Below are positions 9,299 to 18,101 of a DNA stretch of 64,000 bases, piece by piece. Position 1 is the stretch's first letter. Each line of letters starts with the position of its first letter. Source of the stretch: Vicinamibacteria bacterium (GTDB lineage: Bacteria > Acidobacteriota > Vicinamibacteria > Vicinamibacterales > JAENWD01); assembly GCA_963739995.1 (NCBI GenBank), contig CAVUCH010000011.1, forward strand, positions 934-64,933, written 5' to 3'. The notes below the pieces were generated by a model. That model was not told the origin of the DNA. It did not search any database and saw only the letters and a program-made list of their open reading frames with translations. Position numbers and translations under genes: made by a program.

Positions 9299-9535
9299 TT
9301 ACTCCTCGAACACCACACGCGTGCCCTTCGTGGCGAAGGCGGCAACGCGCATGACGTCCCAGTTCGTCAGCCGCAGGCAACCGTGCGACGCAGTGTGTCC
9401 GACCCGCGAGGGTTCAGGCGTGCCGTGCAGCTGCACGTCTCCCGGCTCAACGACAGACGCCCCACCACACACGGCGGCCCACGCAAGGAAAACGAGCAGG
9501 GTGAGCGGCACGCGCATGTGCCCGCTCGATTGCAA
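9299..9535 (-). CDS. very short L,D-transpeptidase (YkuD)-like protein: a signal peptide plus only the catalytic C-terminal half
   Basis: MRVPLTLLVFLAWAAVCGG is signal-like. It is followed by LHGTPEPSRVGHTASHGCLRLTNWDV, the YkuD His...SHGC(I/L)RL catalytic motif. The whole protein is only 72-78 aa. Confidence 0.55.
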   Translation of the reverse strand: MQSSGHMRVPLTLLVFLAWAAVCGGASVVEPGDVQLHGTPEPSRVGHTASHGCLRLTNWDVMRVAAFATKGTRVVFEE

Positions 9536-9562
9536 AAAGGGGTCCGGCGGAGGGCGGGCGGG

Positions 9563-9977
9563 TCAGCCTCGGGTCACGATCGCGGCCGTGCCATCCTCCC
9601 GACGCAGCATGCGGCGGACTTCGACCACGAGCTCGTCGGGCAGGCACGGCTTCGTCACGAAGGCGTCGCAGCCGGCCAGGCGGGCGCCTTCCGAAGCCCC
9701 GGACAGGGCGTGGCCGGTCAGCGCCACAACGGGAATACGCTTCGTGCGGTCGTCGCTCTTCAGCTGTCGCGTCGCGGCCCAGCCGTCCATGCCCGGGAGC
9801 GAGAGGTCCATGAGGATAACGTCCGGCCGCAGCGCCAATGCCTTTTCGACGGCTTCGGTGCCTGTAGCCGCTTCGACAACGCGGAACCCGGAAAAGCTCA
9901 GGGTACTCGGCGTACATCTCCCGAGCATCCTGATAGTCGTCGACGACGAGGACGAGCGGTTTCTCTTCTGGCATCAC
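9563..9977 (-). pseudogene. stand-alone CheY-like response-regulator receiver domain interrupted by a 1-nt insertion (or sequencing error)
   Basis: The N-terminus MMPEEKPLVLVVDDYQDAREMYAEY (acidic pocket DD) is in one frame (ORF 9447..9977). The rest, LSFSGFRVVEAATG...ILMDLSLPGMDG...VVALTGH...FVTKP, is in another (ORF 9563..9928). The frames join at GAGTAC-C-CTGAGC (forward GGG run 9901-9903). Removing one base gives a 137-aa receiver. Confidence 0.7.
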
Positions 9978-10069
9978 GTGTGAACCGCGGGCAGCGTCTG
10001 ATTGTATGCGAAGAGCGCCGCGGAGCCGCGACGCCTCTGCTGAGCGGCCGAGTCGCCCGCCGTTCGCTC

Positions 10070-10078
10070 TGGTAGCAT
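10070..10078 (+). promoter_or_regulatory. candidate extended -10 element (TGgTAGCAT) placing the yajQ ATG at the transcription start (leaderless)
   Basis: TGG-TAGCAT ends 6 nt before the ATG at 10085. No Shine-Dalgarno-like purine run lies in between. There is no good -35. Confidence 0.2.
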
Positions 10079-10084
10079 GACGCG

Positions 10085-10588
10085 ATGGCCAGTGTCGCGT
10101 CGTTCGACATCACGTCCACGGTGGACCTGCAGGAAGTGGACAACGCGCTGAATCAGGCCCGCAAGGAAGTGGCCCAGCGGTATGACTTCAAGGGTGCACG
10201 CGCCGACATCGACTTCAAGCCAGCCGAGAAGGTCCTGGTGCTCACGGCCGATGACCGCATGAAGATCGATGCGCTCTGGGAGATTGTCCAGACGCGCCTC
10301 GTGCGCCGGAGCGTGCCGGTCAAGAACTTCAAAGCCGGCGACATCGAGTCCGGCGCGGGCGGCAGCGTACGGCGGACGATCGAGATGCAACAGGGAATCT
10401 CCAGCGACGCGGCGCGCGACATCGTGAAGTTTCTCAAAGACCAGAAGCTGAAAAAGGTGCAGGCCGCAATCCAGGCCGACCAGGTGCGCGTCAGCGCTCC
10501 CTCGAAGGACGACCTGCAGGAAGCGATGCGCCTGCTCCGGGGGCACGACTTCGGAATTGAGCTGCAGTTTGGGAACTATCGGTCCTGA
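10085..10588 (+). CDS. yajQ: YajQ-family (UPF0234) nucleotide / cyclic-di-GMP-binding protein
   Basis: Full-length match in character: SFDITSTVDLQEVDNALNQARKEVAQRYDFKG...QQGISSDAARDIVKFLKDQKLKKVQAAIQADQVRVS...ELQFGNYR. The protein is 167 aa. Confidence 0.92.
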   Translation: MASVASFDITSTVDLQEVDNALNQARKEVAQRYDFKGARADIDFKPAEKVLVLTADDRMKIDALWEIVQTRLVRRSVPVKNFKAGDIESGAGGSVRRTIEMQQGISSDAARDIVKFLKDQKLKKVQAAIQADQVRVSAPSKDDLQEAMRLLRGHDFGIELQFGNYRS

Positions 10589-10650
10589 CGCCGGGCCGTA
10601 GCCGGTGGGCTGTGGGCAAGCCGGTTGTCCCGGTCTACCGCCCGCAAACG

Positions 10651-10720
10651 CCCACGCCTACCGCCCGCCGCCTACCGCCCACCGCCCACCGCCTACCGCC
10701 CACCGCCTACCGCCCGCGGT
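10651..10720. repeat. heptamer tandem array, about 10 units of C(C/T)ACCGC
   Basis: The units read CCCACGC CTACCGC CCGCCGC CTACCGC CCACCGC CCACCGC CTACCGC CCACCGC CTACCGC CCGCGGT. The array lies between convergent yajQ (stop 10588) and the DUF4956 gene (stop 10740). Confidence 0.9.
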
Positions 10721-10739
10721 CCGCGCGCAGCGCCGCGCC

Positions 10740-11498
10740 CTACCCCTTCGCCTTCTTCTCTTCCCACCCTACGGCGGTCGGTTTGCCTGCCGTGAGGTCC
10801 CGGATCGTGCTCGAGAGCCGATCGGTGCTCCGCGACAACGGCAGCTGCACCTCGTAGCAGAGCTCCTCGGGGGACTCGGTCCGCAGCTCGAAATCGATCT
10901 GCTGGCGCCGCAGCAGCTGCTCGAGTCCCGGCCGGAGATCCTGCGGCTCTTCGGCGGACACGCTCAGCAGGAACAGCTTGCGCCGTTCGGGCTCTAGTGA
11001 CTCGATAAGCCAGAGCATCCCGAGCACGAAGAAGGTGCCGATGGCCGCCAGCGCGTAGAGTCCTACGCCCGACGCAAGCCCGATCGAGAGCGTCGCCAGC
11101 ATGACACCCGCGTCTTTCGGGTCGTCCACTTTCGCGCGGTATCTCACCAGGCTTGCGACGCCGACGATGCCGAACGCGCGCGCGAGGCTCGCGCCGACAA
11201 CGAGCATCACGATGGCACCGACCACGGCGAGGATCATCTGGGTCTGGATCACCGCGGCGTTACGCGGTGGTGTGCCGCGGCGGCGCGGCCTGAAGGCCAG
11301 CACGGCACCGAGCACCGCTGCGATCGGCAGGCTCACGAGGGCGGTGCGTATGGACTCGAGCTGCTCGCGCACGTCCCAGTGCGCAGGGCTGTCGGCGGCC
11401 CGTCCACCAGCGGCCTGCTGCAGGGGGTGAACCTGCAGGGCGGCAGCCGTACAGGCAGCAAGCGCGCACATCACCACCACCAGCCAGGTACGTAACAT
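10740..11498 (-). CDS. DUF4956 domain-containing membrane protein
   Basis: The start is taken at MLRTWLVVVMCALAA (ATG 11496-11498). The core FGIVGVASLVRYRAKVDDPKDAGVMLATLSIGLASGVGLY is typical of DUF4956. Its ATG overlaps the upstream TGA (ATGA), which implies translational coupling. Confidence 0.75.
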   Translation of the reverse strand: MLRTWLVVVMCALAACTAAALQVHPLQQAAGGRAADSPAHWDVREQLESIRTALVSLPIAAVLGAVLAFRPRRRGTPPRNAAVIQTQMILAVVGAIVMLVVGASLARAFGIVGVASLVRYRAKVDDPKDAGVMLATLSIGLASGVGLYALAAIGTFFVLGMLWLIESLEPERRKLFLLSVSAEEPQDLRPGLEQLLRRQQIDFELRTESPEELCYEVQLPLSRSTDRLSSTIRDLTAGKPTAVGWEEKKAKG

Positions 11499-12457
11499 CA
11501 CGATCGTCGCCCTCCGGCGCGCGGCTGCAGCGCCTGTCCTTCGGCAATCTTCCCTTGGATTCGCCGGATGAAGCGCGTCGCCAGCGCCTCCTCGTACCCC
11601 CCGGCCCGGAACGCGTCCTTCCACTGAGCAAGCGTCAGGCGCGCCAGTCGGTTGCACATCCACACGACATCATCCGGTGTGATGACGCGCAGCAGTTCCT
11701 GATGGCGGCCCCGGAATGCGAACGTCACGCGCCCGTCGCGCACGCCTGTGATGAAGCCGTGCGGCTCGAAGGCCTCGATGTCATTGCGTTTAGGGTCCAT
11801 TCGACCCGTTGTCCCGAGCGTGGCGCCAAGGTCTTTGACGGCGTACCACCGCCCGACAAGACGATCCTCCTTGCGCCGCTCGTACACCGCGTTGTTGTCG
11901 TCTTTCAAGTCGGTGCTGTTGAGAATCATCATCAGCACGAGCAGCCCCCGGTACGCCTGCGTCCCGACGAACGCGTTTTCGTGCCACGACCAGATGCCGG
12001 CGTTCTTCAGTGTCGGCAGCTGGGGGCGGAAGCGCCCTCCCTTTTCCAGCCGGCGCGCCTCGCCTTCACGCCAGTGCCAGCGAGCGAGATACGCGTTCGG
12101 CGGCTGCTGGTAGCCCATCCCCCACACGATCCGCGAGGCGGTGACCTCACTCTGCGCCTCGTCGCCGATTTTCACGCTCCACTCGACACCCGACTCGTCT
12201 TCCACGTCGTAGCTGATGCTGAATCCGGTCGTGTCGGTGGCCTTCACTGTGTAGACGGCCTTCGGATCGGGTTGCAGCTGCCGGCCGGCCACACCGTGGA
12301 AGAGATCGCGGGACCTCGGGTCCACATCCTCCCAGAACTCTGCCAGCTCTCGCGGCGCCACAGGGCCCGTGACCGTCGATCGCACGGCAGGGGCACACCC
12401 AATGGCCCAGGCGGTCACACCGGCAAGGATGGCGCTCGTGACACATCGGCTGCTCAT
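11498..12457 (-). CDS. predicted lipoprotein with protein-kinase-like motif order (function unknown)
   Basis: MSSRCVTSAILAGVTAWAIGC is a signal with a lipobox-like AIGC. The internal motifs are, in order, WSVKIG...QSEVTAS...NSTDLKDDNN (D-L-K-x-x-N at 11894-11911)...VKDLGATLG. GC3 is high. The start is taken at 12457 rather than 12526. Confidence 0.6.
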   Translation of the reverse strand: MSSRCVTSAILAGVTAWAIGCAPAVRSTVTGPVAPRELAEFWEDVDPRSRDLFHGVAGRQLQPDPKAVYTVKATDTTGFSISYDVEDESGVEWSVKIGDEAQSEVTASRIVWGMGYQQPPNAYLARWHWREGEARRLEKGGRFRPQLPTLKNAGIWSWHENAFVGTQAYRGLLVLMMILNSTDLKDDNNAVYERRKEDRLVGRWYAVKDLGATLGTTGRMDPKRNDIEAFEPHGFITGVRDGRVTFAFRGRHQELLRVITPDDVVWMCNRLARLTLAQWKDAFRAGGYEEALATRFIRRIQGKIAEGQALQPRAGGRRS

Positions 12458-12531
12458 TTGGGACGGACTCAGCAAGGGCCGTTCCAGTGCCCAGCCGTAT
12501 CGGCGCGTGGCACGCGGCTTGAACATGGTGG

Positions 12532-15507
12532 ATGCCCCCTATGACGCCCGCAGGTGAAACGTCCATTGAGCAGCCGTTGCCGGCAGCCGCGCCGAGCATA
12601 CGGACCGCCGGGGAGACCGACCGCCGCATACCTGTGTCGACGTATCGCCTGCAGTTCCACGCCGGGTTCACGTTTGCAGATGCCACGGCGCTCATCCCGT
12701 ATCTCCACGCGCTCGGAATCACCGACTGCTACTGCTCGTCGTACCTGCACGCCGTCGCCGGGAGCCTGCACGGCTACGACGTGGTCGACCCCACCTCTCT
12801 CAACCCGGAGGTGGGCACCGAAGACGACTTCCGACGGTTCGTGGAGGCGCTTCAGGCCCATGGCATGGGCCAGGTGCTCGACGTGGTGCCCAATCATATG
12901 GGCATTGCCGGGTCGGCGAACCGCTGGTGGCAGGACGTGCTCGAGAACGGCCCGAGCTCGCGCTACGCCAAAGTGTTCGACATCGACTGGCAGCCCCTCA
13001 AGCCCGAGCTGGCCCACAAGGTGCTGCTCCCGATCCTCGGCGACCAGTACGGGACGGTGCTGGAGCGCGGCGAGATCCGCCTCGTCTACCATGAGGGCGC
13101 CTTCTGCCTGCAGTACTTCGAAACGACGCTGCCGGCCGCACCACGTTCGTACGTGCAGATTCTCCGCCATCGCGTCGACATGCTCACGCGCGAGCTTGGC
13201 GAAGAGCATCCTGATCTGATCGAGCTGCTCAGCATCATCACGAGCCTCGAACGCCTGCCGACGCGGGACGAGCAGGACCCCGATCGCCTGGCCGAACGGC
13301 AGCGCGAGAAGGAAGTGGCCAAACGGCGGCTGGGTGAGCTCGTGCGGCGCAGCGGGGCCGTCGAGACCTTCATTATCGAGAACGTGCGGCAGATCAACGG
13401 GCAGCCCGGCGTACCGTCGAGCCTCGACCTGCTCGACGCGCTGCTGGGGGACCAGGCGTATCGCCTCGCCCACTGGCGCGTGGCGTCGGAGGAGATCAAC
13501 TATCGCCGCTTCTTCGACATCAACGAGCTGGCCGCCGTCCGGATGGACGATCCGGACGTCTTCGAGGAAGCGCATCGCCTCGTGTTCCGGCTGCTGCACG
13601 AGCGCGCCGTCACGGGCCTGCGGATCGATCACGTGGACGGGCTGTACGATCCGGGTGACTACCTGCGCCGCCTGCAGGTGCGCGCGCGCGAGCTGGGAGC
13701 GGGCGGCGGCGATCGGCCGATCTTCATCGTGGTCGAGAAGATCCTCGCGCCCGACGAACCGTTGCCGGAGGGCTGGCCGGTGGACGGGACCACGGGATAC
13801 GAGTTTGCAAACGCGGTGAACGGCCTGTTCGTGCAGCAGGGGAACGTCCGGGCGTTCGACGAGATCTATACGCGCTTCACGGGCGACCGCACCACCTATG
13901 CCGACCTCGCCTACCAGAAGAAGAAGCTAATCATGCAGGTCTCGATGGCCGGCGAGATGAACGTGCTGGCGCACCGGCTGAACCTGTTCTCGGAGCGGAA
14001 CCGCCACTACCGCGATTTCACCCTGAACATCCTGGTGCACGCCATCCGCGAAATCATCGCGTGTTTCCCGGTGTATCGCACGTATGTCACGGCGGGAGCG
14101 GAAGCGGTCAGCCCGCGCGACGCGTGGTATATCGATCGCGCCGTGGACGAGGCGAAACGGCGCAATCCGGCGACCGCGGCGCAGGTGTTCGACTTCGTGA
14201 GGGACGTGCTCCTCAAGCGGGCTGACTACATCCCCGAGCGGGAGCGCGACGAGTACCTCCGGTTCGTCACGCGCTTCCAGCAGACAACGAGCCCGGTGAC
14301 CGCGAAGGGCATCGAGGACACCGCGTTCTACGTCTACAACAGGCTCGTGTCGCTCAACGAGGTCGGCGGCGAGCCCGCGCACTTCGGCGTGTCGCCCTGC
14401 GATCTGCACGGCTGGCTCGCAGAGCGACGCCGGCTGTGGCCGTCGGCGCTCTCGACGACGTCCACGCACGACACCAAGCGCAGCGAGGACGTGCGCGCCC
14501 GCATCAGCGTGCTCTCGGAGATCCCCGGCGCGTGGAAGGCGGCGCTCGCCCGCTGGTCGCGCTTCAACAAGCGGTACCACACGACCGTCAGGGGGCACGC
14601 TGCCCCCGATCGCAACGAGGAGTATCTGCTCTACCAGACGCTGCTCGGCGCCTGGCCGCTGCACCTGCTCGGAAGCGATCCGGGCGAGGAGTTCGTCGGG
14701 CGTATCTGCGAGTACATGATCAAGGCGCTGCGCGAGGCCAAGCGTCACAGCAGCTGGCTGAACCCGAACCCCGCGTGGGAAGAGGCGGTCAGCCATTTCG
14801 TGCGCCAGCTCCTGCACCCCGTGCGCGGTGCACGGTTCCTGGAAGACTTTCGTCCGCTCGCAGCCCGCGTGGCGCAGAGCGGAATGTGGAACAGCCTCTC
14901 GCAGACACTCATCAAGGTCACGGCGCCGGGCGTGCCGGATTTCTACCAGGGGACCGAGGTGTGGAACCTGAGTCTCGTGGACCCCGACAACCGGCGCCCG
15001 GTCGACTTCGCGCACCTTCAGTCGCTGCTCGCGCAACTGCCCATACTCGACGACGGCATGCGGGGCATGCGGCTCGAGCCGGATCAGGCATCGCCCGTCG
15101 ACGATCTCCTGACGGCGCGGATGGATGGACGCATCAAGCTGTACGTCAGCGCCACTGCGCTGCGCGTGCGGCGGGCCGACCCGGATCTGTACTTGCGCGG
15201 TGACTATCTCCCGCTTGGCGTCACCGGCGCCCGCGCGGCCCACGTCTTCGCTTTCGCGCGCGCATACGAGGGCCGCGCGGCCGTCGTCATGGTTCCGCGC
15301 CTGACCGCCATGCTGGTGCCGGATGCCGGAACGCCGCCCGTCGGCCGCCGCGTGTGGGCCGACACACGCGTGGTGCTGCCAGACAGCATCGGCGGGCAAG
15401 GCTGGCGGGATGCCTTCACCGACCGGATGATTCCTGACGGCCATAATATCGAGGTCGCCGAAGCACTCCAGCGATTCCCGGTCGCCCTCCTGGGCGTGGT
15501 CGGATAG
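12532..15507 (+). CDS. treY: malto-oligosyltrehalose synthase
   Basis: [37 protein letters not shown]...[44 protein letters not shown] and [11 protein letters not shown] are TreY (GH13) signatures. The protein is 991 aa. Confidence 0.92.
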   Translation: MPPMTPAGETSIEQPLPAAAPSIRTAGETDRRIPVSTYRLQFHAGFTFADATALIPYLHALGITDCYCSSYLHAVAGSLHGYDVVDPTSLNPEVGTEDDFRRFVEALQAHGMGQVLDVVPNHMGIAGSANRWWQDVLENGPSSRYAKVFDIDWQPLKPELAHKVLLPILGDQYGTVLERGEIRLVYHEGAFCLQYFETTLPAAPRSYVQILRHRVDMLTRELGEEHPDLIELLSIITSLERLPTRDEQDPDRLAERQREKEVAKRRLGELVRRSGAVETFIIENVRQINGQPGVPSSLDLLDALLGDQAYRLAHWRVASEEINYRRFFDINELAAVRMDDPDVFEEAHRLVFRLLHERAVTGLRIDHVDGLYDPGDYLRRLQVRARELGAGGGDRPIFIVVEKILAPDEPLPEGWPVDGTTGYEFANAVNGLFVQQGNVRAFDEIYTRFTGDRTTYADLAYQKKKLIMQVSMAGEMNVLAHRLNLFSERNRHYRDFTLNILVHAIREIIACFPVYRTYVTAGAEAVSPRDAWYIDRAVDEAKRRNPATAAQVFDFVRDVLLKRADYIPERERDEYLRFVTRFQQTTSPVTAKGIEDTAFYVYNRLVSLNEVGGEPAHFGVSPCDLHGWLAERRRLWPSALSTTSTHDTKRSEDVRARISVLSEIPGAWKAALARWSRFNKRYHTTVRGHAAPDRNEEYLLYQTLLGAWPLHLLGSDPGEEFVGRICEYMIKALREAKRHSSWLNPNPAWEEAVSHFVRQLLHPVRGARFLEDFRPLAARVAQSGMWNSLSQTLIKVTAPGVPDFYQGTEVWNLSLVDPDNRRPVDFAHLQSLLAQLPILDDGMRGMRLEPDQASPVDDLLTARMDGRIKLYVSATALRVRRADPDLYLRGDYLPLGVTGARAAHVFAFARAYEGRAAVVMVPRLTAMLVPDAGTPPVGRRVWADTRVVLPDSIGGQGWRDAFTDRMIPDGHNIEVAEALQRFPVALLGVVG

Positions 15508-15570
15508 CCTTCCATACGGCAGGGTTCGGTAGACCACCGCACGATCCGGCACACCGGCCGGACATGTGCG

Positions 15571-16845
15571 GTGCCTTGGAGGGCGCACATGCTGTACGTC
15601 ACCGTCATCGGCGCCCTGTTCCTCACCTGGTTCGTCCTGGTCCTGCTGTTCACGCCGGCCTTGGATTACCGGATACGAGTGCGGGTGCCGGTCAGCTCGC
15701 CGGATTTCCTGCACCTGCTCGAGTCCACCTGCCAGGCCGCCACGCACGGCGGCAACCGTGCGGAGGTGTTCACCGATGGGCCGCAGTTCTACCCGGAGAT
15801 GCTCGCGGCCATCCGGACGGCCCGCCGGTCGGTGAACCTCGAGTGCTACATCTTCCACGCCGGTGAGGTTGGGGACGAGTTCGTCCGGGCTCTCGCGGAG
15901 CGTGCGAAGGCGGGCGTGATCGTGACGATCGTCGCCGATGCGATTGGCAGCTCCGGAATGTCGAGGGCCGAGATCAACGCGCTCACGGAGGCGGGCTGCC
16001 GGGTGGAGTGGTACCAGCCGGTCACATGGTATCGGCTCGCACGGCTGAACAACCGGACCCATCGGGAGATCCTGGTCATCGACGGGTGCATCGCGTTCGT
16101 GGGCGGTGCCGGGATTGCCGACTGGTGGATGAAGGCGAGCGGGACGGAGAGCCGGCCGTGGCGCGACACGATGGTTCGGCTCGAGGGCCCGGTTGCTGCC
16201 GCGCTGCAGGGAGTGTTCGTCGAGAACTGGCTGGAGTGCTGCGGTGAGATCCTGAGCGGCCCCGAGTACTTCCCGGACGTACCCCACGACGGCGACACGA
16301 CGGCCATCGTCGTCAGGAGCTCCCCGTCGGACCGCGCAACCGTGTCGCGGGTGGCGTTCCAGGTGCTGATCGAGGGCGCGGAGCACGACGTGCGGATCGC
16401 CACGCCCTACTTCCTCCCGGACCGCACGCTCCGGGCCGCGCTCGCGGAGACGTCGAGGCGCGGCGTGCGGATCACGATCGTCGTGCCCGGGCCCCGCACC
16501 GACCAGCGGTGGGTACGCATCGCGAGCCGCCGGATGTACGGGGAGCTGCTCGCGGCCGGTGTGCGGATCCTCGAGTACGAGCCTGCGATGACACACGTGA
16601 AGACGCTGCTCGTCGACGATCACTGGGCGATCGTGGGCACGACCAACGTGGACAACCGCTCCTTCGAACACAACGACGAGGTCAACGTGGCGCTGCTCGA
16701 TGCGGCGATCAACAGGCGGCTGCTGAAGGACTTCGAACGCGACGTCGAATCGAGCCGCGAGGTGACACTGGAGACGTGGAAGCGCCGGCCGCGCTGGGAG
16801 CGGCTGATCGGACCGCTCGTGTGGATCCTCGAGCGGCAGCAGTAG
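15571..16845 (+). CDS. phospholipase D / cardiolipin synthase-family protein with two HKD-type motifs, the first reading H-x-E
   Basis: There is an N-terminal TM helix (MLYVTVIGALFLTWFVLVLLF). Motif 1 is THREILVIDG (CAT CGG GAG at 16060-16068). Motif 2 is THVKTLLVDD...GTTNVDNRS (canonical HKD). Confidence 0.85.
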   Translation: MPWRAHMLYVTVIGALFLTWFVLVLLFTPALDYRIRVRVPVSSPDFLHLLESTCQAATHGGNRAEVFTDGPQFYPEMLAAIRTARRSVNLECYIFHAGEVGDEFVRALAERAKAGVIVTIVADAIGSSGMSRAEINALTEAGCRVEWYQPVTWYRLARLNNRTHREILVIDGCIAFVGGAGIADWWMKASGTESRPWRDTMVRLEGPVAAALQGVFVENWLECCGEILSGPEYFPDVPHDGDTTAIVVRSSPSDRATVSRVAFQVLIEGAEHDVRIATPYFLPDRTLRAALAETSRRGVRITIVVPGPRTDQRWVRIASRRMYGELLAAGVRILEYEPAMTHVKTLLVDDHWAIVGTTNVDNRSFEHNDEVNVALLDAAINRRLLKDFERDVESSREVTLETWKRRPRWERLIGPLVWILERQQ

Positions 16846-16858
16846 GCGTCTCGACGTG

Positions 16859-17875
16859 CTACCGGGGGCCGGCGGACGCGCCGTTGAGCCACGACGGAAT
16901 GGGCAGGCTCCGCATGGTGTGCAGGCCCGGAGGCGCCTGGAGCACCTTCGGGATGGAGTTCACCGCGATTGAGGTCGTGGCGATGTCGCCGTGCACGCCC
17001 CCGGCGATCTTCATCGACAGGTTGGGAATCCCCTCGATCTCCGTCGAGTCGTACGACTCGGGTGCGCCGAGGTAGGCCTCCATGTGCAGCCGGATGACTG
17101 GTTCGCCCGCGACGTAGCCCACGCCGTCCTGAATGATGCCGCACACCAGGCCCGCCTCCACCGTCAGGAACTCGCTCGACACGCGCGTCTCGGCGATCTT
17201 CGGCTGGATTTCGTCGGTTACGCGATCGAGCTTCCACCCCATCGCGGCCGCAATCATCGCAATCGACTCGGTGAGGCCGACATGGCGCACCTTCCCCTCT
17301 TGCACTCGCAGCGCGAACTGTTCGCGCGTGAGGCCTGACCCGATCTTCTGCTGAAAGGGCAACCGTCGGATGCGCGCATCCTGGATGCGGTGGACGGTGA
17401 TCCGGTCCACGCGTTCGCAGACGCCGGTCAGTGTGACAGGCAGGGCGTCCATGACGAAGCCGGGGTTCACGCCAGTGCCGAGCACTGCGACCTTTGCCCG
17501 TTTCGCCGCCACGTCGATGGCGCCCGCAAGCCGACGCTGGTTGTACCACGGGTAGGCCAGTTCCTCGGTGGTCGAGACGATCGCCTTCCTGGCCTGGAGA
17601 ATCGTCTCAATCTGTGGTGCCACCCCCTTCAACGCCGAACTGGTACACAGCAGAACCACATCCGGAGCCGTCTTCTTGAGCGCGGCGCGCAGGTCGGATT
17701 CGACGCGGACCCGCAGCGTCCGATCGAGCCCCACGACCTTCCCAACGTCGTGGCCGGACTTGACCGGATCGATGTCCACCGCGCCTACAATCCGCAACCC
17801 TCGCCGCGACGCCACCTGGCGGACGATCCCGGCGCCGATTGGCCCGAGCCCAACGTGCAATACGCGAACAGGCAT
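16859..17875 (-). CDS. DapB-like NAD(P)-binding amine dehydrogenase family protein (2,4-diaminopentanoate dehydrogenase-like)
   Basis: The start is taken at MPVRVLHVGLGPIGAGIVRQV (Rossmann GxGxxG; ATG 17873-17875). GTGVNPGFVMDALP is typical of this family. The ORF-track N-terminal extension to 18184 only translates the heptamer repeats. Confidence 0.75.
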   Translation of the reverse strand: MPVRVLHVGLGPIGAGIVRQVASRRGLRIVGAVDIDPVKSGHDVGKVVGLDRTLRVRVESDLRAALKKTAPDVVLLCTSSALKGVAPQIETILQARKAIVSTTEELAYPWYNQRRLAGAIDVAAKRAKVAVLGTGVNPGFVMDALPVTLTGVCERVDRITVHRIQDARIRRLPFQQKIGSGLTREQFALRVQEGKVRHVGLTESIAMIAAAMGWKLDRVTDEIQPKIAETRVSSEFLTVEAGLVCGIIQDGVGYVAGEPVIRLHMEAYLGAPESYDSTEIEGIPNLSMKIAGGVHGDIATTSIAVNSIPKVLQAPPGLHTMRSLPIPSWLNGASAGPR

Positions 17876-17957
17876 GAATGCTCCGATTGGAAACCGGCCG
17901 TATGGGTGCTCGATCAGACGTGAAGGCTGTCGAACGACGGCGCGCACCACGCCTATG

Positions 17958-18010
<53 letters not shown>

Positions 18011-18101
18011 TAAGAGGCGTCGAGAATTATAGGTCGCTTGCCGTGACTGTCCTGATGGGTCAGAATCCGCAATCTGCGGTCGCGCACGTCGGGCGGCCGC
18101 G

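Noticed and set aside
9895-9910. Programmed +1 ribosomal frameshifting as the explanation for the receiver and carbonic-anhydrase frame breaks.
   Set aside because: There is no slippery re-pairing possibility for tRNA-Tyr on UAC-C. The zero-frame next codons differ (CCU versus CUC). The same GAGTACCTCC string is read in frame in treY. An error or a mutation is more parsimonious.
13927-16671. 914-aa minus-strand ORF antisense to treY and the PLD gene. Similar long ORFs occur at 2876..4702, 3459..5114, 20226..22040, 25391..27091, 27370..28938, 29301..30674, 29483..31009, 33934..35430, 44923..46887 and 59951..61174.
   Set aside because: All of them overlap, in another frame or antisense, genes with strong family signatures. 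Their translations are Arg/Ala/Pro/Gly-rich low-complexity sequence, typical of stop-codon-poor alternate frames in roughly 70% GC DNA.
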